This document shows, in pieces, positions 25,540 to 38,199 of a stretch of DNA of 64,000 nucleotides. The notes below the pieces were generated by a model. The model was not told the origin of the DNA, did no database searches, and worked only from the letters and a program-made list of their open reading frames with translations. Origin of the DNA: the human T2T-CHM13v2.0 reference genome, Homo sapiens. Where the stretch lies: NCBI RefSeq assembly GCF_009914755.1, contig NC_060927.1. One strand, written 5' to 3'. A program made the position numbers and the translations under genes. Within the stretch, counting starts at the first letter, position 1. Every line of letters begins with the position of its first letter.

Positions 25540-25730
25540 GCAACATGGTTCAATGGAAGGAGTATATCATGGGAAGTCAGATAATAGAGTTTTAACTCAG
25601 GTTTTACAATGAATTTTGTTAAGTAACCTTGTATAACTGATTTTCCCCCTCTGGGTCTTGGTTTCACTTCACTTCCTTAAAATGAAGGAGTAGGAGCAGA
25701 TGACCAAAATGTTCCTTAGCTGTGATATAT
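25540..25730 (+). mobile_element. MIR/MIR3 SINE
   Basis: 'gggaagtcaga..accttgtataactga..ctctgggtcttggtttc..aaaatgaaggagtagga..agatgacc'. Confidence 0.6.
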
Positions 25731-26569
25731 TCTTATTTTCTCTTATTCGGATTCTCTGGGAAATGGATTGGAAAAAACACAGTTTTTGTAGGACCTCGGC
25801 AAGAGAGGAAACACACACAAATTTAACACTAAAGAGTAAAGGCATTCCACTAGACATAGTTGAGACCTGTTGCTTAGTGCCACGGGATTGACAGAACCAG
25901 ACGGCATTGAGAAAAGGAAGAGGTGGAGCCTTGCAGTTTCTTAAGAAAGGCTACTCCTACAAGAAATCTTGCGCAAACTGAAGAGGAGCTTTCAGGTAAG
26001 TTCCTTCCTCAGAAGAGAGGAGCAGAGCTTTTATAGTCAACACTGCAGCTCAGCCAGTGAAAGAGAGTCTGCAGGGCGAGGCTTGAAATATGGGACCTGA
26101 GGCCAGTAAGTGCAGGGTTGAGGGCTTCCCCACCTTTGCTGGAAACTGGATGTCTGTTAAATTCTTGGCATAATCTGCAATTTAAACCCTTAGGGAGTAG
26201 AGACGGCTGTGAGAGGATCTGCTCCTCTGAACTCAATTCTGGTCAAAAGGCCTAGGGAAAATATGCTCAAGGCAACAGGAAAAAATGTTCCTTAAAAAAT
26301 AAACTTTGTGGAGTAAAAAGTTTAAGAAATGAGTAGCTCCATTACTGGGGAAAATTAGTGCAACAGTCTAAAAAAGAATAACTCTTATTCGTTTTCCATG
26401 TTGAGCCTCACCAAAACCCTACGGGATGGGTTGATTTTACATATGAAAAAGCAAGCGCAGAATGCAAAGCTCTGGGCAAGAACCTGGTCTTCTGATGCTC
26501 TATGCCCTACCCTTTCTGGGGCATCATCCTGCTGCCCTGATCATAGTTGGAGGAAATTGCATGGATAGA

Positions 26570-27260
26570 CACATTTTTATCCAATATAAAACAAGGACTT
26601 TCTTATTACATAAATATTTGGAAAACATAGATAAGAATAAAGAAGAAAATTAAACACACTCTATCCAGAGATAACCAGCATTCGTTTTTTTAGATGTTTC
26701 CCCCCAACTTCTTATTTTGAAAAAATTCTAAGCTACAAATGTTGACAGGTAATGAACCCCTGTTAACTCTTCACCCAGATTCACCAGTTGTTAACATATT
26801 GTGGGGTTAGCCTTATCTATCTTTGCTTCACTATTTGGAAGTAATGGAAAGACCTGACATTTTGCCCCTTAATCTTTCAGCATGTGTATCATTAGAAGAA
26901 GTTCATATCTCTACTAAGCCACGGTAACATTATCACATCCCAAAATTTAATATTCATCTAGTAATTTTATCTAAGAACTAGTCTATTTTCAAATTCTCCA
27001 ATGGTCCCCCAAATGTCCATTGTAACCTTTTAATTTTCATTGAAGAGCTAATTGAGTTTCGTGTATTACATTTATTATCATGTATCTAGTTTCCTTTAAA
27101 TAGTCCTACCTTTTAATTCTTTCATAATGTTGACATTTTTGGAGCATTCAAAGCAGTCCTCTCTGAATAATTTTCAGATTTTGTTGTCATTATTAGATTA
27201 ATGTTAAACAGTTTTGGCAAGAATACTACGTAGATGATGCTTTGTATAATACATTTTGGA
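26570..27260 (-). mobile_element. Old L1M (L1MC/ME-like) 3' fragments
   Basis: 'cttcttattttgaaaaaatt..ttcacccagattcaccagttgttaacat..ttttggcaagaatactac'. Confidence 0.7.
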
Positions 27261-27419
27261 GATTTAATTTTCTATACTAAACCTATATTGTTTCTCTAAT
27301 CAGAAAACATAATAACACTTATTATTGTTTAAAAGAGCTTTAAAAAATATTTCAACAATAGCGTAACACTTAATGTCTGGCACTATGCCGAATGTATTTA
27401 ATAAATTTATAAATAAATT

Positions 27420-27540
27420 TGGGAACTGCCTTGACTGGTAGTGAGCCTCTTGTCTTTGGAAGTATTCAAATGGAGGTTGAATGACCCCTGAAGAAATGAG
27501 TTGAAGAGGGGATTTGGCATTGAAAGGAAGGCTTCCCCTT
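27420..27540 (+). mobile_element. L3/CR1 LINE 3' fragment
   Basis: 'ctgccttg..ggtagtgagcctcttgtctttggaagtattcaaatggaggttgaatgacc' resembles the CR1/L3 3' end. Confidence 0.6.
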
Positions 27541-28019
27541 TGGTGGCTTTTCTGGAAAGATTTCCTCTCATATTTTAAATTAGAGCTTAATATGAACATC
27601 ATTGTTCTGTGTTCTACTATTTTTCTCTCTCCCTCTGTTGCTGAGTCCCTGTTTTCTCTCTTTCAACATCATTTTCTTAGTTGCACTTCTCAGTGTTGTA
27701 CAAGTCTTTTCAGCCTGTGACATCAAGAATGTCCTTTCATGATCTTTTGGAACAAAAGGGGAGTTAAACTGTCCCAAGGAAAATTATGCAATAAACTTAG
27801 CCTAGGGGAGAGCAGTTTGTTCCAGAAAACTACTTCAGGATGCCCAAGTGGGAATCTCTCAGCTGAAAGATGTGAAGAGTCCCAGAAGTGGTGGGGTGGT
27901 ACCGGGAAGACACCTACACTAGGTTTCTTGTGAGGTTGTTTCTGCCACATTTCCTAGTTTTATCAACAAATTCTGGGCCCTGGGTTGACTTTAATTTCAA
28001 AGAGTCGTTTTGGAGTTTG

Positions 28020-28380
28020 TGCCTCTGCCTTTCCATAGTGCATGGAAAGAATAGCTTGCATCTGCCTGTGTGGGGCTGTTACATTATTCCACTGGCTTTT
28101 TTTTTTTTTTTTCCCGGGCTTGCCTGGGTAATGTTCTTCCCTTACAAATTTCATCTCACCGCACTGTGCATTGAAACGACGCAGTTATGGAGCGCACAGG
28201 GAAAAAAATTATAATGCCATTAAAAGTTATCATAAATTTCAGATCAGCATCACTTCTAATCCGATACACAATTTTACTGCCTCTATAAAGTAGGTGATTT
28301 GCAGTGGTCTGAGCCGTCTCCTGGAGCGTTTTACTTCTTTTTAAATTAAACACACCAACTTTGTGCTGAATTCAGAGTGT
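28020..28380. promoter_or_regulatory. Candidate enhancer
   Basis: Repeat-free; 8 CpGs in 28110-28330 against a CpG-depleted background; TAATCC, CATAAA and CCATTAA homeodomain cores. Confidence 0.45.
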
Positions 28381-28829
28381 GGACATAAAAAAGGGGGTAA
28401 AAAGGAGAGGGAAAAATACAGTGCTGGTATATGTGTGAGGGGCTATGTGTATTGAACATATATATGTATATAAAAACTCCTAGGAAATTAAACAGAATAT
28501 AAGGGGCTTGATTTTACTGGTTGGAAGGTTACATTGATTATTTCTTTGAGGTATACTAACTCTTCTTGGAAGTTTAGGACATCAGAAGTTGTCATTTACT
28601 AAATGGCTACCTAATATTCTAAAATGTAATGTCTCCAGCAAGGGCTGACCTGTTAGCCTATGTGCAAATGTGTATACTTGTGTATATAGAAAGAGGTGGT
28701 ACACACCCAAGTGCTAGTACAAAAGAGAACGTTATTCATAAGGTTTCTGGTTGAAAGAATTTAATTGAATTGTGACATTTCTTCTCCCCCACGTCCATGC
28801 TCAGTCGGTTGTTCTTAGCTACTAAGAAT

Positions 28830-29030
28830 GCTAAGTTTACTGAGTACCTACTTTATGCAATACTCTGTGCAATACTGAAGATACAAAGAAAAAAACAACC
28901 ATAGGTCTACCTGCAAGAAAGTCACAGTCTAGAGTGGGAAGTTTACAGGAAGTAAACTCATGATGACAGTAGAGCTTGTTCAGTGCTATGATAGAGGAGA
29001 GCACTCACTTGGAGTGCACAGAGGAGTGGA
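28830..29030 (-). mobile_element. L2 LINE fragment
   Basis: 'tttactgagtacctac..gaagatacaaaga..gtcacagtctag..agtgctatgatagagg'. Confidence 0.7.
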
Positions 29031-29163
29031 AGACATACGCCTGTCATGATGAAATGAAATACAGCATCTTATGTCTCTCTCAAATTGGATCTAAGTACTC
29101 CAGTCCAAATATTATCAGCAATATTATCAGTCAACAAATAATATACTCAACAAAATATGTATT

Positions 29164-29337
29164 GTTGGGCCTGGTGGCCTGCACCTCTAAAAGCAGCTAC
29201 TTGGGAGGGTGAAGTGGGAGGATTGCTTGAGGCCAGGAGTACAAGGCTGTATTGCACTATAATCACATCTATGAATAGCCACTGCACTGTAGCCTGGGCA
29301 ACGTAGTGAGACCCTGTCTCTAAAAATAAAACTAAAT
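29164..29337 (+). mobile_element. FAM (fossil Alu monomer)
   Basis: Monomer with the 7SL-like 'tgaatagccactgcactgtagcctgggcaac' segment; A-rich tail; imperfect TSD ..atgtatt on both sides. Confidence 0.85.
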
Positions 29338-30884
29338 AAAAATGTATTAAACTGTAGCTACTGTATGTCATTCATTCCCATGTCTTGCCTCTAGAGCTTG
29401 CACAGTTCCTAGAGCAGGCAAAAATGAACTTCGTATATTTTGAATGAATGAAGCTATTGATACAAAATGAATAACAGCATCCAGCGTGCAAGGCATTTTT
29501 ACATTGGAAAGGTGTTCTTACTTAGGTTATGTCCTTTAATCCTTTACAATGAAGTAGGCATTATTTCAACTTTGCAGATGAGGAAACAGAGACTCTATGG
29601 GAGAAAGCAGTTTTCCGCAAAGTATTTATTGGACTGGACCAAATCCAGATCATATCTTGAGACGTATCCCCTGTAAATAAAAAAGGACTACTGTGCCTGT
29701 GCCTGTCAGCACATTATAATTTCTTTTAGTCTCACTGCAACCCTACAAGGTAGATACTATTATTTACCAAAGTGTCAGTCAACACTTGGCAAAGGAGCTT
29801 TGCCAAAGAAGCTCCTGATATAAAATGAAATCTATTGTGAACTCTAACCTATTAACTAATTAATGCATTTAATAAATTAATTTATCAAATATTTGTTAAA
29901 TACCTACAAATGTACTAGATACTCTGCTATGTGTCCATTAGAGCACTATTTCTTTTAATCAAGTCATACTATCTTACCTGAAACATACAGATGTTTAACC
30001 TTTAAGTGAAAATAAATAACAAAGAGTTTGGCGATGGCTTTTCCCTCCTGTGAGTATTGGGTGATATTTAGTTTTGACATGTAGCTAAAATTCTGTTTGA
30101 ATACACTGGAACGGATTACATTTGGAATAGATGGGAAGTCTTGCATCTTGCGCAGTTTAGGGGGACTTCTTGAAGAGAATGAAGCTTTGACCTGACCTTT
30201 AAGACTGAATTTAGCTGGCCTTGGGGGAAGAAGAGCAGTTTCAGCTGTGGGACTATGTCCTATGTCTGGCCAGTTGTTAATGCTCTTGACATATGTGCGT
30301 TTGCCATCTTACTGAGGGAGGCTGGGACTCATGACTGCCTGAGGTCATGAGCTTAAATAAAAGTACAATTGGCAGTGATAGAAGTAGGGCCGGAAAAAAA
30401 GTATTAATTAGTCTTTAATTAATGAATTTATTAATTCAACAATAATTCATTTCACTTTGTAAGGATTACTTTAAAACTAGTTTTAAATAGCTTTCAGATT
30501 CTTTGGTGAAATAATCCAACTGTGCTGAGGAAATATGGGTAGAATTTTTTAAAATGGCATTTTATTCTCCAATTCAAATTAATGAACAATTTCAGTTAGC
30601 AACAGATATTAGCATTGCTTCATAGAGAAGAACATAAATTTATTATACATGCAATTCTATATAACAGATTAGAACAGCTAGAAAGTGTTTAACTGCAAGT
30701 AAGAGAAAAACTAACTTACAGTGTATCCTTATAAGTCCATCCATCTCTGGACATTTTTAAGCAAATCCTAGACATAAAACTTCAGTGAGTATACTGAAAT
30801 GCTTGGCCGAAGGTAATGGCCTTGCTATCACAGGTCTTGGAGGAAAGATTCTAATCAATAGGCAAAGTCAGCAATTTGTTGTGT

Positions 30885-31080
30885 AGGAACAGTAGTTCTG
30901 AGTATGGAGGCCTGTATAAGAGTTCTGACTCTGCCATTTACCAGCTGCGTGATCTTGGGCTAACTTGCCAGCTCAGCCTCTCTGAGCCTCTATTTAGTCA
31001 TAGATAGAAGGGATATAATAACACTCTAATCACAAATTTGTTGCAGAGTTCAGATAGACTTTTGTTATGCTTCATAATTA
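30885..31080 (+). mobile_element. MIR SINE
   Basis: 'gttctgactctgccatttaccagctgcgtgatcttgggc..cctctctgagcctc'. Confidence 0.85.
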
Positions 31081-31374
31081 TGAAAAGTTTAGCTAGTGAT
31101 CTATTTTAGTTAACAACTTGGTTAAAAATGAGTACTATAGTTATACAACTGGGATTCTATAATGAAAAATTACTGAATAAAATGTTTTTCCCCTCTACTA
31201 CCTTTTTAAAAAACAGGACAGCATAGATTTGTCATTTTCTTTGTCAGGGAACTTGCATGATGAACATGTCTACATCTTCAGGGCAAATTTTGATGATCTC
31301 AATGTCAGTTTTTTGTTAAATGGAAATAACTAAGAATCCACCACTCAGTGGGAAATATCAGACCTCTCTCTCTC

Positions 31375-34270
31375 TTTTAAAACTAGCTTTATTGAGGTCT
31401 AATTGGCATACAATAAACTGCACATATTTAAAGCTCACAATTTGATAAGTTTGACATATGTATATACCCATGAAACCATCACCACAGTGAAAATAATGAC
31501 TATATCCCTCTCCTCCTCTTTCTGGCTATTTTAAATTTTTCCTTTTCATCCCTTCCTACCTCACCCTGCCCCCATCTCCAGTCAGATCTATTATCTAGAA
31601 TTTTATATAAATGTAATTATATAGTATTTACTCTTTCGTTGTCTTGATTCTTTCACTTAGCATGATTATTTTGAGATTCATTCATGTGGTTGCATGTATC
31701 ACTAGTTCATTTCTTTTTATTTATAAGCAATATTTCATTGTATAAATGTATCAGTGTGTATGTATCCATTCACCTGCCAATGGAAATTTGGGTTGTTTCT
31801 AGTTCTCAACTATTACAAATAAAGCTATTATGAACATTTATACACAAATATTTGTGTGTACATATGTGCTTTATTTCTTGTGTAGATTCATCTTTCCATG
31901 TGGTTTATTTTCTTTCTGTGTAAAGGATTTCTTTCACAATTTTATTTTTGGTAGTGCAGGTCTGTTGGCTATTAATTATTTCAGCCTTTGTTTCTCAACA
32001 ATCTGTTTTTCCTATTTTCCCTTTTTCAAATCCATTTGTTTTGAAAGATATTCTTGCTTGATATAGCATTCTAAGTAGATTTGTTTTCCTTTAGTACTTT
32101 AAAGATTGATGCACTATCTTGTTGCTTATATTGCTTCCGTTAAGAAATCTGCTGTCATCCTTATTTTTATTCCTTTGTATGTGATTTTTTTTCCTCTGGC
32201 TTTTTTTTTTAAAAGCTTCCTCTTTATGATTAATTTTCAGCAATCTGATTATGAAGTGACTTGATGTAGTTTTCTTCATGTTTCTTGTGCTTGGATTTAT
32301 TGAGTTTTTGTATGTGTGGGTTTATAGTTTTTATCAAATCTGGAAAATTTTCAGACACTATATCTTCAAATGTTTTTTCTTCTTTCACTCCTATCTTGAT
32401 GGACTCCAGTTACACATATGAATAGACTCCTGAATGTGTCCTTCAGCTCACTGATGCCATTTTAAAAACTGTTATTATTTTATCTTTGTAATCATTTGGA
32501 ATAGTTTCTACTGTTATGTTTTTAAGCCTACTAATCTTTTCTTCTGCTGTTAATCACCCCACCCCTGACCTCTCGCCCTCTTTCTGTAATCTTAGACATT
32601 GCAGTTACTATCTTAAGATATCTGACTTGGATCTTTTAAAAAATCCTCTATGTTTCTACTTAGGTTTTTGATGTGTTGAATAAAAACCATTTTAATGTAT
32701 TTTACTACTGACTCCAGGGTCTATGATCAGTATAAGCTGGTGTTGATTGATTAACTTTTCTCCTCATTTGAGTTGTATTTTCCTGCATACATGATAATTT
32801 TTCCTTTTCATGAATGGTAATTTTTGATTTGATGACAGACATTATGTATTTTCTCTTGTTCAGTGCTAGACATATTCTTAAATTTTGTTTGGGATTCAGA
32901 TAAGTTAAACAGTTTGATCTTTTGAGGTCTTGTTTTTAAGAATTGTTAGGTGGGACCAGAGCAATTTAGCTTATTTGTTTGAGTGTATTCCTGGACCTTT
33001 TAGTCAGTTCAGTTGAGCTATATGTTTATCTCTTTGCCACTACAGCACGGTCTTGACTTCTCTAGCTTTGTATCAAGTCTTAAAATTGGCTAGTATGAGT
33101 CCCTTCAGATTCATTAAAAAAAAATTTTAAATTTATTCTGAAATATTTGCCTTTTTAAATATATTTTAGAGTCAGCTTGTTTATATCTACAAAGATGACT
33201 ACTGGGATTTTGATCATAATTGTGTTAAATCTATAGATCATTTTGGGGGTGGATTACCATCTTTTTTGTTTGAATCTTCCAATCCATTAATGTGGTGTGC
33301 CTCTTCACTTATTTGGTTTTTTTGATTCCTTTATTAACACTTCACTCTCCTCTCCTCTGCCACCTTTTATTATTGTCCCAAATCTCCTGAGGTTCTCTTT
33401 ATTTTTTTAAATCTATTTTTCTCTTTGTTGTTCTGATTAGATAATTTCTATTGAACTGTCTTCAAGTTTGATGACCCTTTACTCTGTCATCTCCATTGTG
33501 CTATTGAACCCACCCAGTGAGTTTTTAATTTCAGTTATAATATTTTTAAATTCTAAAATTTTCATTTGGCTTTTCCTTGTATCTTGTTTCCTTGCTGAGA
33601 CTTTTTATTTTTCCATTTGTTCCAAGGAAAACTATGATTAGTTTTTGGGGATTCTTTTTTAAAAAATATAAAGCAGCTGCTCTAAAGGTTTTGTCAGCTA
33701 TTTCCAACATCTGTGTCATCTTAATGTCGGTGTCTTTGATTGTCTTTGAGATTTTCCTTGTTTATCATATGCTGAGTAATTTTGCATTGTATCCTAGATG
33801 TTTTGAATATAAGACTCTGTGAGTCTTCTTAAATCCTGTGGAGATTGCCAATATTTTGTTCTTGCAGGCAATGAACCTGGATAGGTTCAGGCTGTTAGTT
33901 CCAATCTACCTTCTGTAGGTTGTGCTTTCAATATTTGTTAAAATGTCAAAGCCTTTAGTGAATTTGACTTATGTGTGTGCCACCCAGAGGCTAATCTGAA
34001 GTCTAGGTGATGGTCTATCTGTCCAGTTCCCAAATTCTTTGTTATGCTGTTTAGAATTAGATCCAAGCATGCTTAGAGGTGAGCAACTATATGGGTTTGC
34101 TTTCCCAAGCTCCTCTGTCTTGGCCATCTTCCTGGTACTTTCTTGTTCTCTGGGGCTCCTTTTTTCAGTCCTACACCCAGAAAGCTGGGGCTTTAGTTAC
34201 CCTGCCTGCTGCCTTCCTCTGATACTGCTCCTATGTCCAGAACCAGGTGACAAGGTGGGGGAGGGGTCCT

Positions 34271-34305
<35 letters not shown>

Positions 34306-34790
34306 GGAGTTTGCCCCATCCTCTTGGGAACACACCACCATTAGTAGGAGAAGATTATCATCCTCTTGGTTTTGGCTCGACTTCTGTTGCTGCCTTTGCT
34401 GCTGCCAACATGGGCTTACTTGGAGGCAGAGATGCTCAAGAATAGAGAAAGGAAAAATAAAGCAGGGATTTCCACACTCTATCTGAACATTGAAAATTCT
34501 CTTTTCCACTCCTGGAGCCAGAACTAGAGAGCTGCTCATGGAGGTTTCTCTGTACCTGAGTGTCCATTTCTAGGTTTTGGACTAAATTGAGATGAGACTG
34601 GGGGAAATCAGTGGAACAAAAATATAACTTCACTGCTTCTTCAGTGATACTTTGAATTCTGGTCAACCTGCTACTATTTAGTTTTTAAATGGCTTCTCCA
34701 TGCAATTGTCCAGGTTTTAAAGCTGCATTCAGTGGGAGAACAATGTAGAGAGTGCTTGCTTCATCTTACCTGAAACCAGATACTTCAACT
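31375..34790 (-). mobile_element. Old L1M (L1MD/MC-like) composite: 3' end plus ORF1, ORF2 and 5' fragments
   Basis: Antisense 3' end 'gctttattgaggtctaattggcatacaataaactgcacatatttaaag'; ORF1-like peptide 'HFIIRLLKINHKEEAFK' (32091-32279). Confidence 0.85.
34273..34302 (+). repeat. (GA)n microsatellite
   Basis: Direct observation. Confidence 0.95.
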
Positions 34791-34913
34791 CTATTTTTAT
34801 ATTAGTTGCTCCTATTATTCCTATAACACTTATAATTCTAATGTTGCTTATTCAATTTCTGGCTTCAAAGGAATAGTAATTTTCTATTTTATTTTTCATG
34901 TTTCCTCTACATT

Positions 34914-35121
34914 TTTAAAATTTTTAATTTTTGTGGGTACATAGGTATATATATTTATGGGGTACATGAGATGCTTTAACACAGGCATGCAATGTGTAAT
35001 AATCACATCATGGATGATGGGGTATCCATCCCCTCAAGCATTTATCTTTTGTGTTGCAGACAATCCAATTATACTCTTTCAGTTATTTTTTATTTTTGAA
35101 ATTTAAAATGTAAAATTTTTG
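34914..35121 (-). mobile_element. Short 5'-truncated L1MA (MA1-3-like) 3' end with TSD
   Basis: 'tttgtgggtacataggtatatatatttatggggtacatgagat..ggggtatccatcccctcaagcatttatc'; TSD tgtttcctctacatt (34899-34913) / tgtttcctccacatt (35122-35136). Confidence 0.85.
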
Positions 35122-35445
35122 TGTTTCCTCCACATTCTAAGAGAGCTTCTCAAGTTTTCCTTCTATATGAATAATTTAATATTTTAAAAGAAATAGTTCT
35201 TTTTATTGTGTCAAAGGAGAAAATGCTGCTAATTAATTTTTGATATCTTTTCAATAATTCCTCACCTCACCTATCTCCCTTTTTATCTCTTCTGGATTCA
35301 TTTGTGCATCATGAGTTTCTGTTTCTCTTCCATTGAGGTCCAATCTTGTATCCAATAAGAATGTTGAACAAGTTTCTAGGAATATATTCTAGGTCCTACA
35401 GGAAGTCATTTTCATAGTCCTGTCTTGCTTTGGACCTTGAGGATG

Positions 35446-35638
35446 CCTTCTCTCCCTTTCTTTTTCTTTCTTTTCTTTCTTTCTTTCTTTTTCTTTCTTC
35501 TTTCTCTTTCTTTCTCTTTCTTTCTTTCTTTCCTTCCTTCCCTTCCTTCCTTCCCTTCCTTCCTTTCCTTCCTTCCTTCCTTTCCTTCCTTCCTTCCTTC
35601 CTTCCTTCCTTCCTTCCTTCCTTCCTTTCTTCTTTCTT
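35446..35638 (+). repeat. 193-nt pure pyrimidine (TTTC)n/(TTCC)n compound microsatellite
   Basis: No purine on + strand; 11 consecutive TTCC at 35582-35625. Confidence 0.97.
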
Positions 35639-35848
35639 AATTTCCTTTTGTAACAACAGTTTCTCCCTTTAGGAAAAAGAGATTGTTTTAAATGTAGTGT
35701 CTGCCAATAGGTCCAATACATAAGTTCCAACAGCCTCTGTCTCAACTCACTCTTAAGTTAAATTCCCTTTTTAATCTTCCTCAGAGGGTAAGTTGATATA
35801 GGTATCTCCTGAACAAATTCCCAGTGCCCAGTGGGCTTTTCTCCAAGG

Positions 35849-35997
35849 TGGGGTTGACAGATTTAGCAAGTAAAAATGCCGAACACCCAGTTAAATTTGA
35901 ATTTCAGAAGTATAAAACATACTTCTATTAAAAATTATTTACTTTTATTTGAAGTTCAAATTTAACTGGATGACCTGTATTTTATTTGGCAGCTATA
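35849..35997. mobile_element. MER53 palindromic hAT MITE (centre deleted)
   Basis: Perfect 15-bp inverted arms ccagttaaatttgaa (35887-35901) / ttcaaatttaactgg (35955-35969); 8-bp TSD ctccaagg/atccaaag. Confidence 0.85.
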
Positions 35998-36759
35998 ATC
36001 CAAAGTGATTGGGCCATTATTAAATAGGATCATCTCCCATTCTTTCTATTTATCACCCTAACAGGGGGATCAGAGAGAGTTCATGAAAAGTCACAATCAC
36101 CACGAGGCATTGCCACTCATATCTTCCTGTCTCCTTCTCTATAAGAGAGAAAAATATTTGTGGTTTTTTTTTTCTGAGAAGTCACAGGTGGTTTAATTTA
36201 GGCTAATAAAGAAATGAATATTATTCATGAGCGTGATCATTCACATTGATCATTCTTACATTTTTGTAAGACTCTGATGCCAGTCTTAGAAGATCCTACT
36301 TTAAAATTGTAGATTACGCAAAAATCAGAGCCAAATTCCTAGAGATGAGTTTGAAAATCATGATCTCTGGTATGCAGGCTAGAGAGTGAACAGTGTGAAG
36401 ACAAAAACAAACCAGAACAAAAACAAAAAGGACTGCTAAATAATAGAGATAGAAAGGAGATAGAGATGATTTGGACAGTTTATTATCTTCAACGAAGTTT
36501 TTAAGCAGTTTTGGAACAGTTGGTGTAGGATGGGGACAAGCTTAGAACAAATGAAACAATGAGCAAACTAAGATGCAAATAACTATATGCTCCAGAGTGT
36601 ATGTGCAGGCTTGGAGAGCTATAGGAAAAACAGTCTGTGTGTGCTTCAGAGCCAAGGCACAGAGTGTGGCTGGCTTATTTAGGTTTGGGGAAGTCTGAGT
36701 TGAACTTTAAATAATAGAAACTAAGATATGTGTGAGCTACTGTTTAAGGCTTTGTCAGC

Positions 36760-37635
36760 TCCTCTGACAGACAAAGGGTTAATAGCCTTAATCTGTAAGG
36801 AACGCCTATCAATCAATAAGAAGAAGATAAGTCTAGCAATTGAAAAATGGGCAGAAGACATGAATAAATGACAAAAGAAAAAATACAAGTGGATAATAAG
36901 TGTCTGAAAAATGCCTAACATCATCAGTATTCAGTGATAAGCAAATAAAAACAAGATACAATTTTCTGCCTACTTAATTGGGAAATACTTTTAAAGTGGT
37001 TTAAATGGAAATATCCAGTATTGGTGAGAAGCAGATGGGCACCCTTACACACTTCTGTGGGAGGCTAAATTGATTCCATATCTCTGAAGATACATTTAGA
37101 AATAGTATATGCCAAAAACTTTAAAATGGTTTTAAACTTTTGATGAGGTAATAATACCTTTGGGAATTTATCTTTAGGAAATAATTAAAGATGCAAATAA
37201 GGATCTATGTACAAAGAAATTCTTTGTGGTGTAATTTACAAACAAGCACAAAAAATAAACTACCTATATGTTCTACAGAGAAGAAATGGAATAGGCATAT
37301 AGTGGGTGGGATGGTAGGGAGCTGTCAGAAGTTATGCTGTCAGAGAATGTTTAACCACACAGGAAAATGCTAAAGAGTCATTGTGAAGTCAGAAATGAGC
37401 AAAAACATCAAAAAGCCATATACATATTATAAATCTAATATTATGGGAAAATAGATAACTATATAGGAATATACTTAAAAGATTCTCTAAAATGTTTATA
37501 GATGACTTTAGGAAGTAGGATTATGAATAATTTAAATTTTCATGTATATGATAATATCTATTAACTGATACTAATTTTTCTATTCTTTTTTCAAAGAACA
37601 AACATTACCTTCACAATCAGAAAGAAAGGAATAAA
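36760..37635 (+). mobile_element. Old L1ME-like ORF2 end and 3' UTR
   Basis: 'acagacaaagggttaatagcc..gaaaaatgggcagaagacatgaata..ggaatttatctttaggaaataat'. Confidence 0.8.
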
Positions 37636-38199
37636 TGCTATCTTGAAAAAAATAGATATCATTTTGGCAAGAATAAGTAACAAAATAATTACTTAACAAT
37701 TTGTGTTGATAAAATAACTGCTGAAGTTAATATCTGGTTTTTGAACTGGTTGATAAGGTGTTGTCTATACATGGTGCAGCAGGATTTTTGTCTTTGGAAG
37801 TTTTGAAGTTGCTGGTTACAGCCAGCTAAGAAATAACTTATGACATGTATATTCTATAAATCCTTTTTTCAACCCTCAAGTTTAGGTAGCATCTTATCTT
37901 TGCGAAGGTATTGTTTTTTCCTTTGTGAGGGAGTTCTTTTCTGCTCTGAGCTATTCTTGGGTCAGTGTGCTCTGTGTAGCTCTGAGCATTTTTCAGGGAC
38001 CTTGACTAATTCATCTTGAGTTCAGTGGCCTAGCTGTGTTGATGACATACAGCAGGTGCCCAATGTTGATTGAATGGTGAGTGAATGAATAAATAAATAC
38101 AGGGAAATAATTCTCACTATGTATTAGAAAATGAAATGTAGTACCCTTACAGGAATAGTAGTTTCAGAGAGTTTTAACTACCAACTCAGTAGAATTAAA

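Noticed and set aside
35389-35745. Lys/Glu/Arg-rich and Phe/Leu/Ser-rich ORFs
   Set aside because: Translations of the TTTC/TTCC microsatellite
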